A stretch of DNA of 64,000 bases from contig JBATHK010000022.1 in NCBI GenBank assembly GCA_049666725.1, positions 12,947 to 76,946 of the forward strand, read 5' to 3'. This document shows positions 1-10,046 of this stretch, in pieces (within the stretch, counting starts at the first letter, position 1; every line of letters begins with the position of its first letter). This DNA is from Woeseiaceae bacterium (GTDB taxonomy: Bacteria > Pseudomonadota > Gammaproteobacteria > Steroidobacterales > Woeseiaceae). The position numbers and the translations under genes were made by a program. Below the pieces are notes generated by a model that saw nothing but the letters and a program-made list of their open reading frames with translations, made no database searches and was not told where the DNA came from.

Positions 1-690
1 CCGGGCAGCGCCAAAGGGTCCATCGCTTCGCGCCTTGCGCACCTGTTCATAAAACAGATCGTTTCCAAAGCCGACTACGGTATCGATTTGCACACGGGCG
101 CAATCAACCGATCCAATCTGCCGCAAATTCGAGCAAATCTCGACGAGCCGGAAACTCTCGAAATTGCCAGGGCATTCGGCGTCCCTGTGATCATCAATTC
201 TGACATTAGAGACGGATCACTTAGGGGATGTGCGGCGGATCGCGGCATGCCGGTGCTTATTTACGAGGCCGGTGAGGCGCTGCGTTTTGACGAGGTCAGC
301 ATTCGTGCGGGATTGCGCGGCGTACTCAACGTAATGCGGCAGGTCGGTATGCTGCCCAAGCTCAAGAACCCCAAGCTTGTCGAACCCGTTATCGCCAAGT
401 CAACGAGCTGGGTTCGCGCGCCTGATAGCGGTATTTTTTCGGCGAAGATCGCCCTCGGCAAAAGCGTTCAAAAAGGCCAGCACCTTGCGCTTATCAGCGA
501 TCCCCTGGGCGACGAAGAGGAACATGTCCTCGCGCCCTTCGACGGGATTGTTATCGGCCAGAATAATTTGCCTCTCGCTCATGAAGGAGACGCTTTGTTT
601 AACCTGGGATCCTTCAAGAGCATTCCACGCGCCGAGAACCTGGTTGAGAATTTTGCGGCGACGCACGACGGCGACCCCACCCCGACATAA
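1..690 (+). CDS. succinylglutamate desuccinylase/aspartoacylase (AstE/AspA) family zinc hydrolase, C-terminal part; the 5' end lies outside the window
   Basis: Frame 1 is open from base 1 ([34 protein letters not shown]...) and runs into the listed ORF 88..690. The [13 protein letters not shown] and later beta-rich C-terminal blocks resemble the AstE/AspA carboxypeptidase-like family. It sits directly upstream of rimK, a common pairing. Confidence 0.7.
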   Translation, partial: PGSAKGSIASRLAHLFIKQIVSKADYGIDLHTGAINRSNLPQIRANLDEPETLEIARAFGVPVIINSDIRDGSLRGCAADRGMPVLIYEAGEALRFDEVSIRAGLRGVLNVMRQVGMLPKLKNPKLVEPVIAKSTSWVRAPDSGIFSAKIALGKSVQKGQHLALISDPLGDEEEHVLAPFDGIVIGQNNLPLAHEGDALFNLGSFKSIPRAENLVENFAATHDGDPTPT

Positions 691-749
691 AAAATCATCA
701 CAAAACCACAGCGCTGAAAAATCAAAACTGTGCAACTGAGGATCCAAAG

Positions 750-1655
750 ATGAAAATAGGAATTCTGTCCACGAACAAGAACCTCTACTCCACGCGACGT
801 TTGGTAGAGGCCGGCGTCGAGCGCGGTCATAAAATGCCGGTGATCAATCACAAGCGTGCTTACATGAACATCACGAGCCACAATCCGAGCATTCACATCA
901 AAGGCGAAAATATAACCGGGATCGACGCGATCATCCCGAGAATCGGCGCCTCGGTCTCGTTTTATGGCACAGCGGTAGTGCGCCAGTTCGAAATGATGGG
1001 CGTCTATTCAGTCAACGAGTCGGTCGCAATCACACGGTCACGTGACAAGCTGCGGGCCGTACAGCTGCTTTCAAGAAGGGGAATCGGCCTACCTGTCACG
1101 GGTTTTGCCAATTCGCCCGACGATACCGAAGACCTGCTGCAGTTTGTCGGTGGCGCGCCCGTGGTCATCAAGCTGCTGGAAGGCACACAGGGCGTGGGCG
1201 TGGTGCTTGCCGAAACGAAGAAAGCGGCCGAAAGCGTGATCGAAGCATTCAGCGGTCTCAAAGCCAACTTTATGGTCCAGGAATTCATCAAGGAAGCGGG
1301 CGGTTCCGACATCCGATGCCTGGTCGTCGGCGACAAGGTAGTCGCCTCCATGAAGCGACAGGGCAAAGAGGGCGAATTTCGATCCAACCTGCATCGCGGC
1401 GGCAGCGCCAAGCTGATCAAGATTACGCCGGAGGAACGTTCGACAGCCGTGCGCTCGGCCAAAGTAATGGGTCTGAATGTCGCCGGCGTCGACTTGTTGC
1501 GTTCCAATCATGGGCCGGTAGTTATGGAAGTGAATTCGAGCCCCGGCCTGGAAGGCATCGAGAAGGCTACGAACAAAGACGTGGCCGGCTTGATCATCGA
1601 ATTCATCGAAAAGAACGCGAAGCAAGGCAAGACTCGCACGCGCGGCACAGGTTAA
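750..1655 (+). CDS. rimK: ribosomal protein S6--L-glutamate ligase RimK (ATP-grasp)
   Basis: 301-aa [44 protein letters not shown] and [26 protein letters not shown] closely match the RimK ATP-grasp motifs. Confidence 0.93.
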   Translation: MKIGILSTNKNLYSTRRLVEAGVERGHKMPVINHKRAYMNITSHNPSIHIKGENITGIDAIIPRIGASVSFYGTAVVRQFEMMGVYSVNESVAITRSRDKLRAVQLLSRRGIGLPVTGFANSPDDTEDLLQFVGGAPVVIKLLEGTQGVGVVLAETKKAAESVIEAFSGLKANFMVQEFIKEAGGSDIRCLVVGDKVVASMKRQGKEGEFRSNLHRGGSAKLIKITPEERSTAVRSAKVMGLNVAGVDLLRSNHGPVVMEVNSSPGLEGIEKATNKDVAGLIIEFIEKNAKQGKTRTRGTG

Positions 1656-1677
1656 TTCCGCAGGACGGTAGGCAACG

Positions 1678-2565
1678 ATGCTTGACGATCTTAAAATCGT
1701 ATTGGATGCGCAGCTATTCACGTCGCCAGGTGGCAAAGTCATTACGCTTGGGCAAATGACCGAAGTCTTCCTGCTATTGCTCTTTGGCTATCTCGGTAGC
1801 CGCCTGGTGGGCTACCTCCTCGGCAAGCGACTGGCAGGAACGAAACTGCGGCCTGACGTCATCTATGTGCTGAAGAGAATCGCTTTTTTTGTGATCCTGA
1901 TACTGGTCGTCATTACAGCGCTGGGCCTGCTCGGCATTCCACTGACGGCATTTGCTTTTGCAACCGGCGCACTGGCGATCGGCGTCGGCTTTGGCGCGCA
2001 GAATATAATTAACAACTTCATCAGTGGCTGGATACTGATGGTCGAGCGCCCGATTCGAATTGGGGATTTCATCGAGATTGATAGTGCCCAGGGCGTCATT
2101 GAAAATATCGGTAACCGGTCTACGCGAATCCGCCGCACGGATGGCGTGCATCTGCTTGTGCCCAACAGCCTGCTGCTCGAACGCACAGTCGTCAACTGGA
2201 CCCTGGTCGACCTGGAAATTCGATCCATCGTGCGCGTCGGCGTTGCTTACGGTTCGCCCGTGCGATTGGTGGCGGACCTGATTCTCCAGGCCGTTAAAGA
2301 GCAAAACGAAACCAAGGAAAAGCCGGAACCGAGCGTCATTTTCGACGACTTCGGCGACAACGCACTCGCTTTCGACGCGTATTTCTGGTGCGACGCTGGC
2401 AGCGAGAGATTTCTCAGGGAGATCCGTAGCTCGATCCGCTTCCGGATCAACGAACTGTTCGAACAAAATGGCATTGTCATCGCCTTTCCGCAGCGCGACG
2501 TTCACCTCGACTCGAGCAGCCCACTGGAAATACGCATGATCGGCAAGGAGACGGATGATGAGTAA
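1678..2565 (+). CDS. mechanosensitive ion channel (MscS family)
   Basis: 295 aa. N-terminal TM helices are followed by the MscS pore/beta-domain region (GAQNIINNFISGWILMVERPIRIGDFIEI....G.IENIGNRSTRIRRTDG). Confidence 0.85.
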   Translation: MLDDLKIVLDAQLFTSPGGKVITLGQMTEVFLLLLFGYLGSRLVGYLLGKRLAGTKLRPDVIYVLKRIAFFVILILVVITALGLLGIPLTAFAFATGALAIGVGFGAQNIINNFISGWILMVERPIRIGDFIEIDSAQGVIENIGNRSTRIRRTDGVHLLVPNSLLLERTVVNWTLVDLEIRSIVRVGVAYGSPVRLVADLILQAVKEQNETKEKPEPSVIFDDFGDNALAFDAYFWCDAGSERFLREIRSSIRFRINELFEQNGIVIAFPQRDVHLDSSSPLEIRMIGKETDDE

Positions 2566-2592
2566 CTACAGTATTTTACGAGGACGGCTGCG

Positions 2593-3942
2593 ATGAGCAC
2601 GCTCGGTTACTCGCTGGTTGCGGTTATTTTTCTGCTGGCAGCCAACGCGTTTTTTGTTGCCGCGGAGTTTGCTCTCGTAAAAGTTCGTGGCTACCAGCTC
2701 GACCAGGCGGTCATCGCGGAGCGTCGTAGTGCCGCTCTAAGTGTGCGCATGCATAAAAACCTTGACGCCTACCTGGCGGCCTGCCAGCTGGGAATCACCA
2801 TGGCATCCCTGGGGCTCGGCTGGGTCGGTGAGCCGGCGGTCGCCGCAATTCTTGAGCCACTGCTCTCGAAGGTGGGCGTGACCGGACAAGCACTGCATAC
2901 CATATCTTTCATCGTCGGCTTCCTGCTGTTTTCGTCCCTGCATATCGTTATTGGTGAGCAGGTACCCAAGACCTACGCTATTCGCGAACCCAAGCCCGTC
3001 ACGCTTGCACTTGCCTACCCCTTGCACTGGTTCTATCGACTTGTCTTTCCGCTGAACTGGCTGCTTGACAGGGCGAACGCCGCGATTCTGAATTTGCTTG
3101 GCGTCGGCGGCGGCAGTCATCATGAAGTCATATCGGAGGCGGAAATCAGTGCGATCGTCGACGAGTCGGAGGCTCACGGCGAGCTGGAAGGCAAGACGGC
3201 GGAAATCATCCGCAAAGCGTTTCGCTTTGACGACCAGACCGTTCGCGAAGTAATGATCCCCTGGAATAGTGTCGACAAGCTGCGCCTGTCATCTGATGCC
3301 GGTGCAAAGAAAAAGACCATAGTGGAGACCATGCACAGTCGTTATCCTGTGCTGGACGAGAACGGCGATGTGGTCGGCATCCTGGCCACCAAAGATATGA
3401 CGTCGGCATTGATCGAGCAACAGGACAATGTGTGGGAGTCGCTCACGGAAAAACTTCATCCACCTGTTGTAGTACCCCCTTCGCTGCTGATCTCGTCGCT
3501 GCTTGAGCGCATGCGGGCCAAACGTACTCACATGGCGATTGTGGTCGACGAACACGGTAACTACATCGGCCTCGCTACGCTCGAAGACATGCTTGAGGAA
3601 ATCGTGGGCGAAATTGCCGACGAGTGGGATCACGAAGACGTCAGTATCCCCATCGAGGCCGTGAAGTCCGGCTGGCGGGCCATTGGCCAGCTGCCAATGC
3701 CAATGCTGGAGGAGGTTGTCGGCGGCGGCTTTGAGCAAAATCCCCACATTACAACGCTGGGAGGCTTTGTCATGCAAAGGCTCGGACGGCTACCAAGGGA
3801 AAACGACAAATTCGTCGATTCCGGCTACGACTTTTATGTGGCACGAATGCATGGACGGCAGGTCCATACTGTTATGATTTCTCCTTCGAAAAAGACCAAA
3901 CAGAATCTGGAAACTGCTCCGGTTGACGGCAACACCAACTGA
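2593..3942 (+). CDS. hemolysin/TlyC family protein (CNNM/DUF21 membrane domain + CBS pair + CorC_HlyC domain)
   Basis: 449 aa. AEFALVKVR and GEQVPKTYA are DUF21 motifs, followed by the CBS-pair region (VREVMIPW....YPVLDENGDVVGIL) and HMAIVVDEHGNYIGLATLEDMLEEIVGEI. Confidence 0.88.
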   Translation: MSTLGYSLVAVIFLLAANAFFVAAEFALVKVRGYQLDQAVIAERRSAALSVRMHKNLDAYLAACQLGITMASLGLGWVGEPAVAAILEPLLSKVGVTGQALHTISFIVGFLLFSSLHIVIGEQVPKTYAIREPKPVTLALAYPLHWFYRLVFPLNWLLDRANAAILNLLGVGGGSHHEVISEAEISAIVDESEAHGELEGKTAEIIRKAFRFDDQTVREVMIPWNSVDKLRLSSDAGAKKKTIVETMHSRYPVLDENGDVVGILATKDMTSALIEQQDNVWESLTEKLHPPVVVPPSLLISSLLERMRAKRTHMAIVVDEHGNYIGLATLEDMLEEIVGEIADEWDHEDVSIPIEAVKSGWRAIGQLPMPMLEEVVGGGFEQNPHITTLGGFVMQRLGRLPRENDKFVDSGYDFYVARMHGRQVHTVMISPSKKTKQNLETAPVDGNTN

Positions 3943-3968
3943 CGCGCGGACTACCCCGCCCGTCGATA

Positions 3969-5723
3969 ATGCCGCCAATGCACTCCTGGAACCGAATTCC
4001 GTTTTTGCATCGACAGTTATGCTGTTGCGCACTCCTCGTGCTCGCTGTCGCATCGCAGCCCAGGGCAGAACTGCGGGTTGACGGCGTTAGCGATGAACTT
4101 GCCCGAAACGTCTACAGCTATGTTTCCCTCGCCAGTGAACCCTGCGACGCCGAGCCGTGGCTGATTCGACGACGATTTCGCGCGATCGCGTCGGAGGTGC
4201 AGAGGGCGCTGGAGCCTTTCGGATACTACGACGCGGCCGTCGAGACAAGGCTCGAACAGGACGAAAGCTGCTGGCTCGCCATTATCGACATCGACCCGGG
4301 AAAACCCGTACTTTTGAGAAACGTCGACCTCTCGCTGAGCGCTGCTCCGGATGAAAACGCGAATTTCATCGACATTCTTGATTCGACAGCACTGGTCGCC
4401 GGCACGCAACTCCGCCATTCCGCCTACGAGGCGTTAAAAGAAGCACTGCAAATTCGCGCGGCAGAGCGCGGTTACATCGACGCGAGTTTCCTGCAGAACA
4501 AGATTGAAGTCTGGCCGGCGGAAAGAGCCGCTGACGTGACGCTGAATTTCGAGAGCGGTCCCAGGTACAACTTCGGCGAAATAACTCAGGAGCAGGATTT
4601 TCTCGATGACAGCCTGATCAGCGCCTATTTTGACTTTGAAACGGGCATGCCATACGACAACCGGCTGCTCACGAAGGCCTACAGCGATTTGTCGGTCAGC
4701 GGGTACTTTGGCCGAATCGAACTCCTGCCTGATTATGAGCTGGCGGACGACGGCCAGATTCCGGTTCGTGTTTTACTCGAGCCGGCTGACCGTGTTGAGT
4801 ACACCGTCGGCATCGGTTTCTCGACGGATACCGGGCCCAGGGCACGTGCCGGCTACTACAATCGGCGCGTCAACAAACATGGCAATCGCTTCAAAACCGA
4901 CATAAGCCTGTCTCCTGTTATTCAGGGAATAGCCGCCGAGTATCGCAAGCCACTGACGGATCCGCGCAGCGAGTGGCTGAGCTATTCGAGCGCGCTGACG
5001 AATGAAGACACGGATACGTTTAACAATGATACGGCGCGCGTTGGCGTCCGGCGCACCAAGAAAGTCCGCAGCAACTGGATCCGCACCCTGTCCCTCGATG
5101 TGAGCTACGACCAGTTCGACGTTGGCCTGGAGTCGAGCAGTTCCCGGCTGGTGCTGCCTGGAATTGCCTACGACCATAAACGCGCGGACCGCGACGTATT
5201 CCCGACCCGCGGCCGTCGTTTGACCTTCGAGCTTCGTGGTACAGGCCAGTTCCTGGGATCGGATACCTCTTTCCTGCAGGCGACTACCAGCTTGCGCCTG
5301 GTGCGCAGTATCAGCGACGAGAGTCGTCTGCTGGCAAGGGCGACGCTGGGATTCACGGCCCAGTCGGAGTTCTTTGAACTGCCGCCCTCTGTGCGATTTT
5401 TTGCGGGGGGCGATGAGTCGGTTCGCGGTTTTGCCTATAACACGCTGGGGCCAAAGGACGAACTGGGTAACGTAGTTGGCGGTAGTCACCTGTTGGTTGC
5501 AAGCGTCGAATACGAGCATCGACTGCGCGGCAATTTCTACGGCGCCGTTTTCCTGGACGCCGGCAATGCGTTCGACGGCTTTGATGTTGATCCGGCGATA
5601 GGCGCCGGGCTGGGTCTGAAATGGCAGTCGCCCGTTGGTCCGCTGCGCTTCTACCTCGCACATCCGGTCAACAAGTCCGACCGCAGCGTGCGACTGCACA
5701 TTCGCCTCGGGGCAGACCTGTGA
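3969..5723 (+). CDS. tamA: outer-membrane translocation and assembly module protein TamA (Omp85/BamA family)
   Basis: 584 aa with a signal-like N-terminus, a POTRA-like N-terminal third and a C-terminal surface-antigen (D15) barrel (FFAGGDESVRGFAYNTLGP ... GAGLGLKWQSPVGPLRFYLAHP). Directly followed by tamB. Confidence 0.8.
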   Translation: MPPMHSWNRIPFLHRQLCCCALLVLAVASQPRAELRVDGVSDELARNVYSYVSLASEPCDAEPWLIRRRFRAIASEVQRALEPFGYYDAAVETRLEQDESCWLAIIDIDPGKPVLLRNVDLSLSAAPDENANFIDILDSTALVAGTQLRHSAYEALKEALQIRAAERGYIDASFLQNKIEVWPAERAADVTLNFESGPRYNFGEITQEQDFLDDSLISAYFDFETGMPYDNRLLTKAYSDLSVSGYFGRIELLPDYELADDGQIPVRVLLEPADRVEYTVGIGFSTDTGPRARAGYYNRRVNKHGNRFKTDISLSPVIQGIAAEYRKPLTDPRSEWLSYSSALTNEDTDTFNNDTARVGVRRTKKVRSNWIRTLSLDVSYDQFDVGLESSSSRLVLPGIAYDHKRADRDVFPTRGRRLTFELRGTGQFLGSDTSFLQATTSLRLVRSISDESRLLARATLGFTAQSEFFELPPSVRFFAGGDESVRGFAYNTLGPKDELGNVVGGSHLLVASVEYEHRLRGNFYGAVFLDAGNAFDGFDVDPAIGAGLGLKWQSPVGPLRFYLAHPVNKSDRSVRLHIRLGADL

Positions 5724-8700
5724 GCCGCCGGGTGTGGCGCTGGACGGGCGGCGTTTTTGCGGCAGTTCTGCTGCTCGCCGTTGTCGCGTCTTTCTGGCTC
5801 TTCGCGACGACCAGCGGCACCCACTGGTTAATGGCGCGCGTGTCTCCGCTGCTGCCGCCGGCCCTGCAAATCGGTGAGGTCGATGGCACGCTGTTGGAGG
5901 GCGTCGATTTTCGCTCTGTTAGCTGGACAGACGAGACCGTTCGCGTTTTCGTCGACCGGCTGGATACGGAGGTCGATCTGTGGCCGCTGCTCCGACGACA
6001 GGTACGAATCAGGAATCTCAACCTGCGCAACGTCGACGTCATAGTTAGCGAGGGCCCACGCGATAACACCGGCGGCGGAGAATTTTCACTCGATCTTCCG
6101 ATCACTCTGCGCATCGACACGGCTTCCATCCGGAAAGTGCATATCGTCAGCGGTGACAGCGAATTTGATGTCGAAGAGGCCTGGCTCGCCGGTCAGCTGT
6201 CCGGATCGGCGCTGCAAATTGACCGCCTTGAAGTCCACAGCGAGCTGGCCGATGTCAGCCTTTCAGGAAACGCGGCACTGGCCGGCGAATTCCCGGCCAG
6301 TGCCAATGCCGCATGGGAGCTTCGGCTGCAGGATCAGCCCCCGTTGTCCGGCATGCTGCATCTGCGCGGCAATGCTTCGCGCTACGTTCTCAAGCATGAT
6401 CTCGATGCGCCTTATGAAATCGGCACGCAGGGTACGCTCGCGCTTGTTGATGACGACATCGTCGTCGACCTCGTCAATACCTGGCAACTGGTGCATGTCG
6501 AAACGGGAGATGCCGGTGCGATCGACTCGGTGGACGGCTCGTTACGTATTTCGGGCACTATGGCTGCGCTGGCATTTGACGGCAACACCACGATTCTGTC
6601 GGGTGACATGCCTGCCGTTGCTGTTGTAACGCGCGGCACACGTGAAGCTGAGCGTATTGTTTTCGAGACGGTGTCAATTTCGAATGAATGGGGACAGCTG
6701 CTCGCGAACGGTGAGACCGTTATTTCGCCGGAACTGGCCTGGAAGTTCGAATTCGCGGCTTTGGAGCTGGATCCCGGCGCTGCCGATCCAAGGCTGGATG
6801 GAAACCTCGAGCTAACGGGAAAGACGTCCGGGCGCATCGTCGCTCAGCAGCCGATTGTCGATGTACGAATCGACGACATGGGCGGGAATCTTAATGGCTA
6901 TCCCGTCAATGGCGCGGGAAACCTTTCGTATGCTGACAAGCGACTGCAGGTTGACGGCGCGGTTGCACGCGTCGGCGATAACCGGATTAATTTCGATGGC
7001 TCCTACGGCCAACGGCTGCGAATCAACGCAGCGCTGCGCTTTTCCGACATCAGTCAGCTTGGCATCGGTGCGGCCGGCCTGCTGCAGGGCGACATTCGGC
7101 TCAACACGAATTTCAAGACCCTCGAAGCAACCGGCAACCTGAACGGAAAGGGTCTTGCCTGGAAAGACTACTTCGTCGATGCACTAGTAGCCGACTTCAA
7201 GGTACCAGCCACGGGGCGCGGCGACGTGGCGCTGCAGCTAACCGATACCCGCATCGGAAGCCTGCTGCTCGCAACGGCGCGCCTGAATGCAACGGGATCA
7301 GCGCCGTCGCATACGCTTCAGCTTGATTTGTCGAACGAACAGGGCAGTGCCGCGTTACAGCTCGAGGGCAGCTTCGCCGACGAGCGCTGGTCCGGGGCTG
7401 TCGAAAAGCTCACCCTCTCCGGCGAACGGACCGGAGAGTGGGCGCTGCAGGAAAAGGCAGCTCTTTCATTGTCACGATCTGAGCTCAAGCTAGGGAAAAC
7501 CTGCCTGAGTACGAACAGCACGGCTGGCCTCGTGTGTAGCCTGCTCGACTATGACTTTTCCGGGCCACTGCGTTTTGACACCTCTGTCAAAGAACTACCG
7601 CTCGCCGCGATTGCCGTCGGGCTACCCGAAGGAACGACCGTCGAGGGGACCATCGAGGCACACGCCAAAGGAGAGTTTGTGAACCAACGCCTGACGGCGG
7701 AGGCGGCCCTCGATATCGAGAACCTGAATTTGAAAGCGATCTTCGAAGGGGATGAACTTTCGGCGAGTTTCGATCGCGCCTCTGCGAAAGCGTCTGTCCT
7801 CGACAACCACCTCAAAGGCGACCTTGAGTTTCGCCTGACCAATCAAACCGACCATATTCGAAGCAGCATCGAAATTTCCGATTTGTTTGACCCGAATTCA
7901 GCGCTTCGCGGGCAAGGCAGCCTAGCGTTCACTGATCTGGGCGTACTGTCGTTCTTTGTTCCTGACCTGGCCAATCCCGCCGGCACGATCGCCGGCAGCG
8001 TCGATGTCGCCGGCAGTCTCGCCGCTCCGGAAATCATCGGAGAAATAGGGCTCAGTGACGGCTCTTTCGGCATCCGGCGAGCCGGCATCGCGGTTACCGA
8101 AGTTAACGTCAAACTACGCCAACCGGATGTCGGCCACCTCTCGCTACTGGGTAGCGCACGCTCGGGTGAAGGGCGGCTCGATATACGCGGCGAAACCGAA
8201 CTGAGCTCAGCGTCGGGTATTCGCACGGAATTGACCCTAAATGGCGAAAATTTCACGCTGATCCAGCTGCCGGACTGGCAGGTCACGGCATCGCCAGACA
8301 TCGCTGTAGTTTTCGACGACAACGCCATCCGGGTCAGTGGCGAAGTTCGCATCCCGAGAGCGAGCATCAACATTCCCAGCATACCGGAGACGGCTGAGCG
8401 GCCATCGTCCGACGTCGTTGTTTATCGCGCCGATGAGCCTGAGCCGGAGAAGCGAAGAATACTGTATGTCGACATCCGGACGGTTCTTGGTAACGCCGTC
8501 GTCCTGTCGGGATTCGGGCTGACGACGGGTCTCGAGGGGTCCGTGCGTATCACCGGCAACAGCAATACGCCGTACACCAGCTCCGGTCGGGTTGTGTCGC
8601 GCGGCGGACGCTACCAGGCTTACGGCCAGAACCTCGCTATCGATAGCGGCGAACTGATATTTAACGGGCCGTTGACCAACCCAACCCTCAACATACGCGC

Positions 8701-9160
8701 AACCCGCAAGGCAAGCGACGGCACGGTCGCCGGCATACACCTGACCGGAACACCGACGGCTTTAAAATCCCAGGTATACAGCGAGCCTGCGAAAAGTGAC
8801 GCCGAAGCGCTTTCGTACCTGTTGACCGGCCGGCCACTCGGCAGCGCCGATTCCGCGGAGGGCGCCATGCTGAACCAGGCCGCGTTCGCTCTCGGGCTGA
8901 CTTCCGCGGGCAGCATTGCGTCGGTAATTCGTAACGAACTCGGATTCGAAACGCTGGGTATCCAGGGCGGCGCCGAAAACAGGCAGTTTGTCGCCGGCAA
9001 GCGCATCGGCGAGCGCCTGCTGGTCGAATACGCGTATGGCATGATCGACAACCTCGGCACGCTGTTGCTGCGCTACCAGTTAACCAACCGAATCATCCTG
9101 GAGTCACGATCCGGCACGGCTCGTATGTTGGACATCGTATATAGCGTCAAGAAACAGTAA
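5720..9160 (+). CDS. tamB: translocation and assembly module protein TamB
   Basis: Large ORF listed from 5621. I place the start at in-frame GTG 5720, which gives VSRRVWRWTGGVFAAVLLLAVVASFWL as an N-terminal signal anchor and overlaps the tamA stop (GTGA). It has a long beta-rich body and a DUF490-type C-terminus (SYLLTGRPL..., LLRYQLTNRIILESRSG). Confidence 0.8.
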   Translation: MSRRVWRWTGGVFAAVLLLAVVASFWLFATTSGTHWLMARVSPLLPPALQIGEVDGTLLEGVDFRSVSWTDETVRVFVDRLDTEVDLWPLLRRQVRIRNLNLRNVDVIVSEGPRDNTGGGEFSLDLPITLRIDTASIRKVHIVSGDSEFDVEEAWLAGQLSGSALQIDRLEVHSELADVSLSGNAALAGEFPASANAAWELRLQDQPPLSGMLHLRGNASRYVLKHDLDAPYEIGTQGTLALVDDDIVVDLVNTWQLVHVETGDAGAIDSVDGSLRISGTMAALAFDGNTTILSGDMPAVAVVTRGTREAERIVFETVSISNEWGQLLANGETVISPELAWKFEFAALELDPGAADPRLDGNLELTGKTSGRIVAQQPIVDVRIDDMGGNLNGYPVNGAGNLSYADKRLQVDGAVARVGDNRINFDGSYGQRLRINAALRFSDISQLGIGAAGLLQGDIRLNTNFKTLEATGNLNGKGLAWKDYFVDALVADFKVPATGRGDVALQLTDTRIGSLLLATARLNATGSAPSHTLQLDLSNEQGSAALQLEGSFADERWSGAVEKLTLSGERTGEWALQEKAALSLSRSELKLGKTCLSTNSTAGLVCSLLDYDFSGPLRFDTSVKELPLAAIAVGLPEGTTVEGTIEAHAKGEFVNQRLTAEAALDIENLNLKAIFEGDELSASFDRASAKASVLDNHLKGDLEFRLTNQTDHIRSSIEISDLFDPNSALRGQGSLAFTDLGVLSFFVPDLANPAGTIAGSVDVAGSLAAPEIIGEIGLSDGSFGIRRAGIAVTEVNVKLRQPDVGHLSLLGSARSGEGRLDIRGETELSSASGIRTELTLNGENFTLIQLPDWQVTASPDIAVVFDDNAIRVSGEVRIPRASINIPSIPETAERPSSDVVVYRADEPEPEKRRILYVDIRTVLGNAVVLSGFGLTTGLEGSVRITGNSNTPYTSSGRVVSRGGRYQAYGQNLAIDSGELIFNGPLTNPTLNIRATRKASDGTVAGIHLTGTPTALKSQVYSEPAKSDAEALSYLLTGRPLGSADSAEGAMLNQAAFALGLTSAGSIASVIRNELGFETLGIQGGAENRQFVAGKRIGERLLVEYAYGMIDNLGTLLLRYQLTNRIILESRSGTARMLDIVYSVKKQ

Positions 9161-9181
9161 CGCTGCGGCCGCCCACGGAGG

Positions 9182-9679
9182 CTATTGATCCTCCTCGCCC
9201 ACCAGCCTGACTTTGCGCAACAGCTCGGCGAGCTCCTTGCGTTCCCTGGAATTAATGCTGCACAAGCTCTCGTCGGCGGCTTCCAGGCGGAGTTGAATCG
9301 CTTTGTCGATGGTCCTTCTTCCGCTGGCCGTGAGCGATACATCGACACCGCGTCGGTCATTCCTGTCCCGGCGCCGGCGCACGAAGCCTCGCTCCTCGAG
9401 CCTGTCGACACGGTTGGTCATCGCCCCACTGCTGAGTCCGGTTGCTTTTGCCAGGCGGGTCGCGGCTAGCGCGTAGGGCTTGCCCTGGCGCCGCAGCGCG
9501 GAAAGCACATCGTACTCGAACAGCTCCAGGCCGAGCGGCTCCAGGGCCTCGGTCGCCTGCCGGACGAACGCCCGATACAGGGACATTACCCGGATCACTA
9601 CTCCGAGGCTGGCCGTATCGAGCTCCGGGCGCTGCTCCGACCACTGCTCCAGAATGTCGTCAACGGCGTCTCTCTTCAT
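9182..9679 (-). CDS. MarR family transcriptional regulator
   Basis: Winged-helix MarR pattern (FEYDVLSALRRQGKPYALAATRLAKATGLSSGAMTNRVDRLEERGFVRRRRDRNDRRGVDVSLT). Start moved to ATG 9679 (MKRDAVDDILEQW); the upstream 19 codons of the listed ORF look non-coding. Confidence 0.85.
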   Translation of the reverse strand: MKRDAVDDILEQWSEQRPELDTASLGVVIRVMSLYRAFVRQATEALEPLGLELFEYDVLSALRRQGKPYALAATRLAKATGLSSGAMTNRVDRLEERGFVRRRRDRNDRRGVDVSLTASGRRTIDKAIQLRLEAADESLCSINSRERKELAELLRKVRLVGEEDQ

Positions 9680-9715
9680 GGGTTTTCCGGTTGTATTATT
9701 TTGATACCAAATTAC

Positions 9716-9746
9716 TTGACATCGAAGTAAAATCAAAGATACTTCG
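9716..9746 (+). promoter_or_regulatory. candidate sigma70 promoter (TTGACA-16 nt-GATACT) with an embedded 7-bp inverted repeat, CGAAGTA-N10-TACTTCG; possible MarR operator
   Basis: TTGACA at 9716-9721. Perfect inverted repeat at 9723-9729 and 9740-9746. It lies in the 130-bp divergent region between the MarR gene and the small ORF at 9810. Confidence 0.35.
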
Positions 9747-9809
9747 GTTCATTGGAAGCTCGAACGGAGATTAGCGCTCTGACCCTTTCAATGATAGGAG
9801 GCACCAAAA

Positions 9810-10046
9810 ATGCACCAGATCCCTGACGACTACGACGAGTTGGAGGAGTTCGACGACTCCAGCTTTGAGAGCTTCGCAGCGACTCGTCGCCAGCTCGGTC
9901 CGAAGAGTAAGCTGCATCAAAAAGACGCTGGCCGAAAACGTCGCGGCCGCGCCCATCACGATCGTTGGGCGGACGACGACCTGGATAGCCCTGACGATAG
10001 CAGCGACAAATTTGACCGGTATCACAAGTTGAGATTCGACGACTAG
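9810..10046 (+). CDS. hypothetical small, highly charged protein (78 aa)
   Basis: ATG is preceded by AGGAGG (9796-9801) with an 8-nt spacer. The acidic N- and C-terminal segments flank a basic core (KDAGRKRRGRAHHDRW). No family recognised. Confidence 0.45.
   Translation: MHQIPDDYDELEEFDDSSFESFAATRRQLGPKSKLHQKDAGRKRRGRAHHDRWADDDLDSPDDSSDKFDRYHKLRFDD

Noticed and set aside
1089-1742. Long antisense or alternative-frame ORFs in the track (for example 1089..1742-, 4773..5699-, 10638..11438+, 26702..27700-, 35384..36097-, 37246..38061+, 48429..49433+, 55611..56279+)
   Set aside because: Each lies fully inside a well-supported gene on the other strand or in another frame. Their products are Arg/Ala/Pro/Gly-rich and low complexity with no recognisable motifs, which is typical of shadow ORFs in GC-rich DNA.
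5720-5723. tamA/tamB GTGA overlap as an unusual feature
   Set aside because: Four-nucleotide start/stop overlaps are common in operons, and the same pattern occurs many times in this window.
9165-9172. GCGGCCGC palindrome between the tamB and MarR gene ends, as a terminator
   Set aside because: The 8-bp self-complementary site has no loop and no flanking T tract, so it is unlikely to be a functional hairpin terminator.
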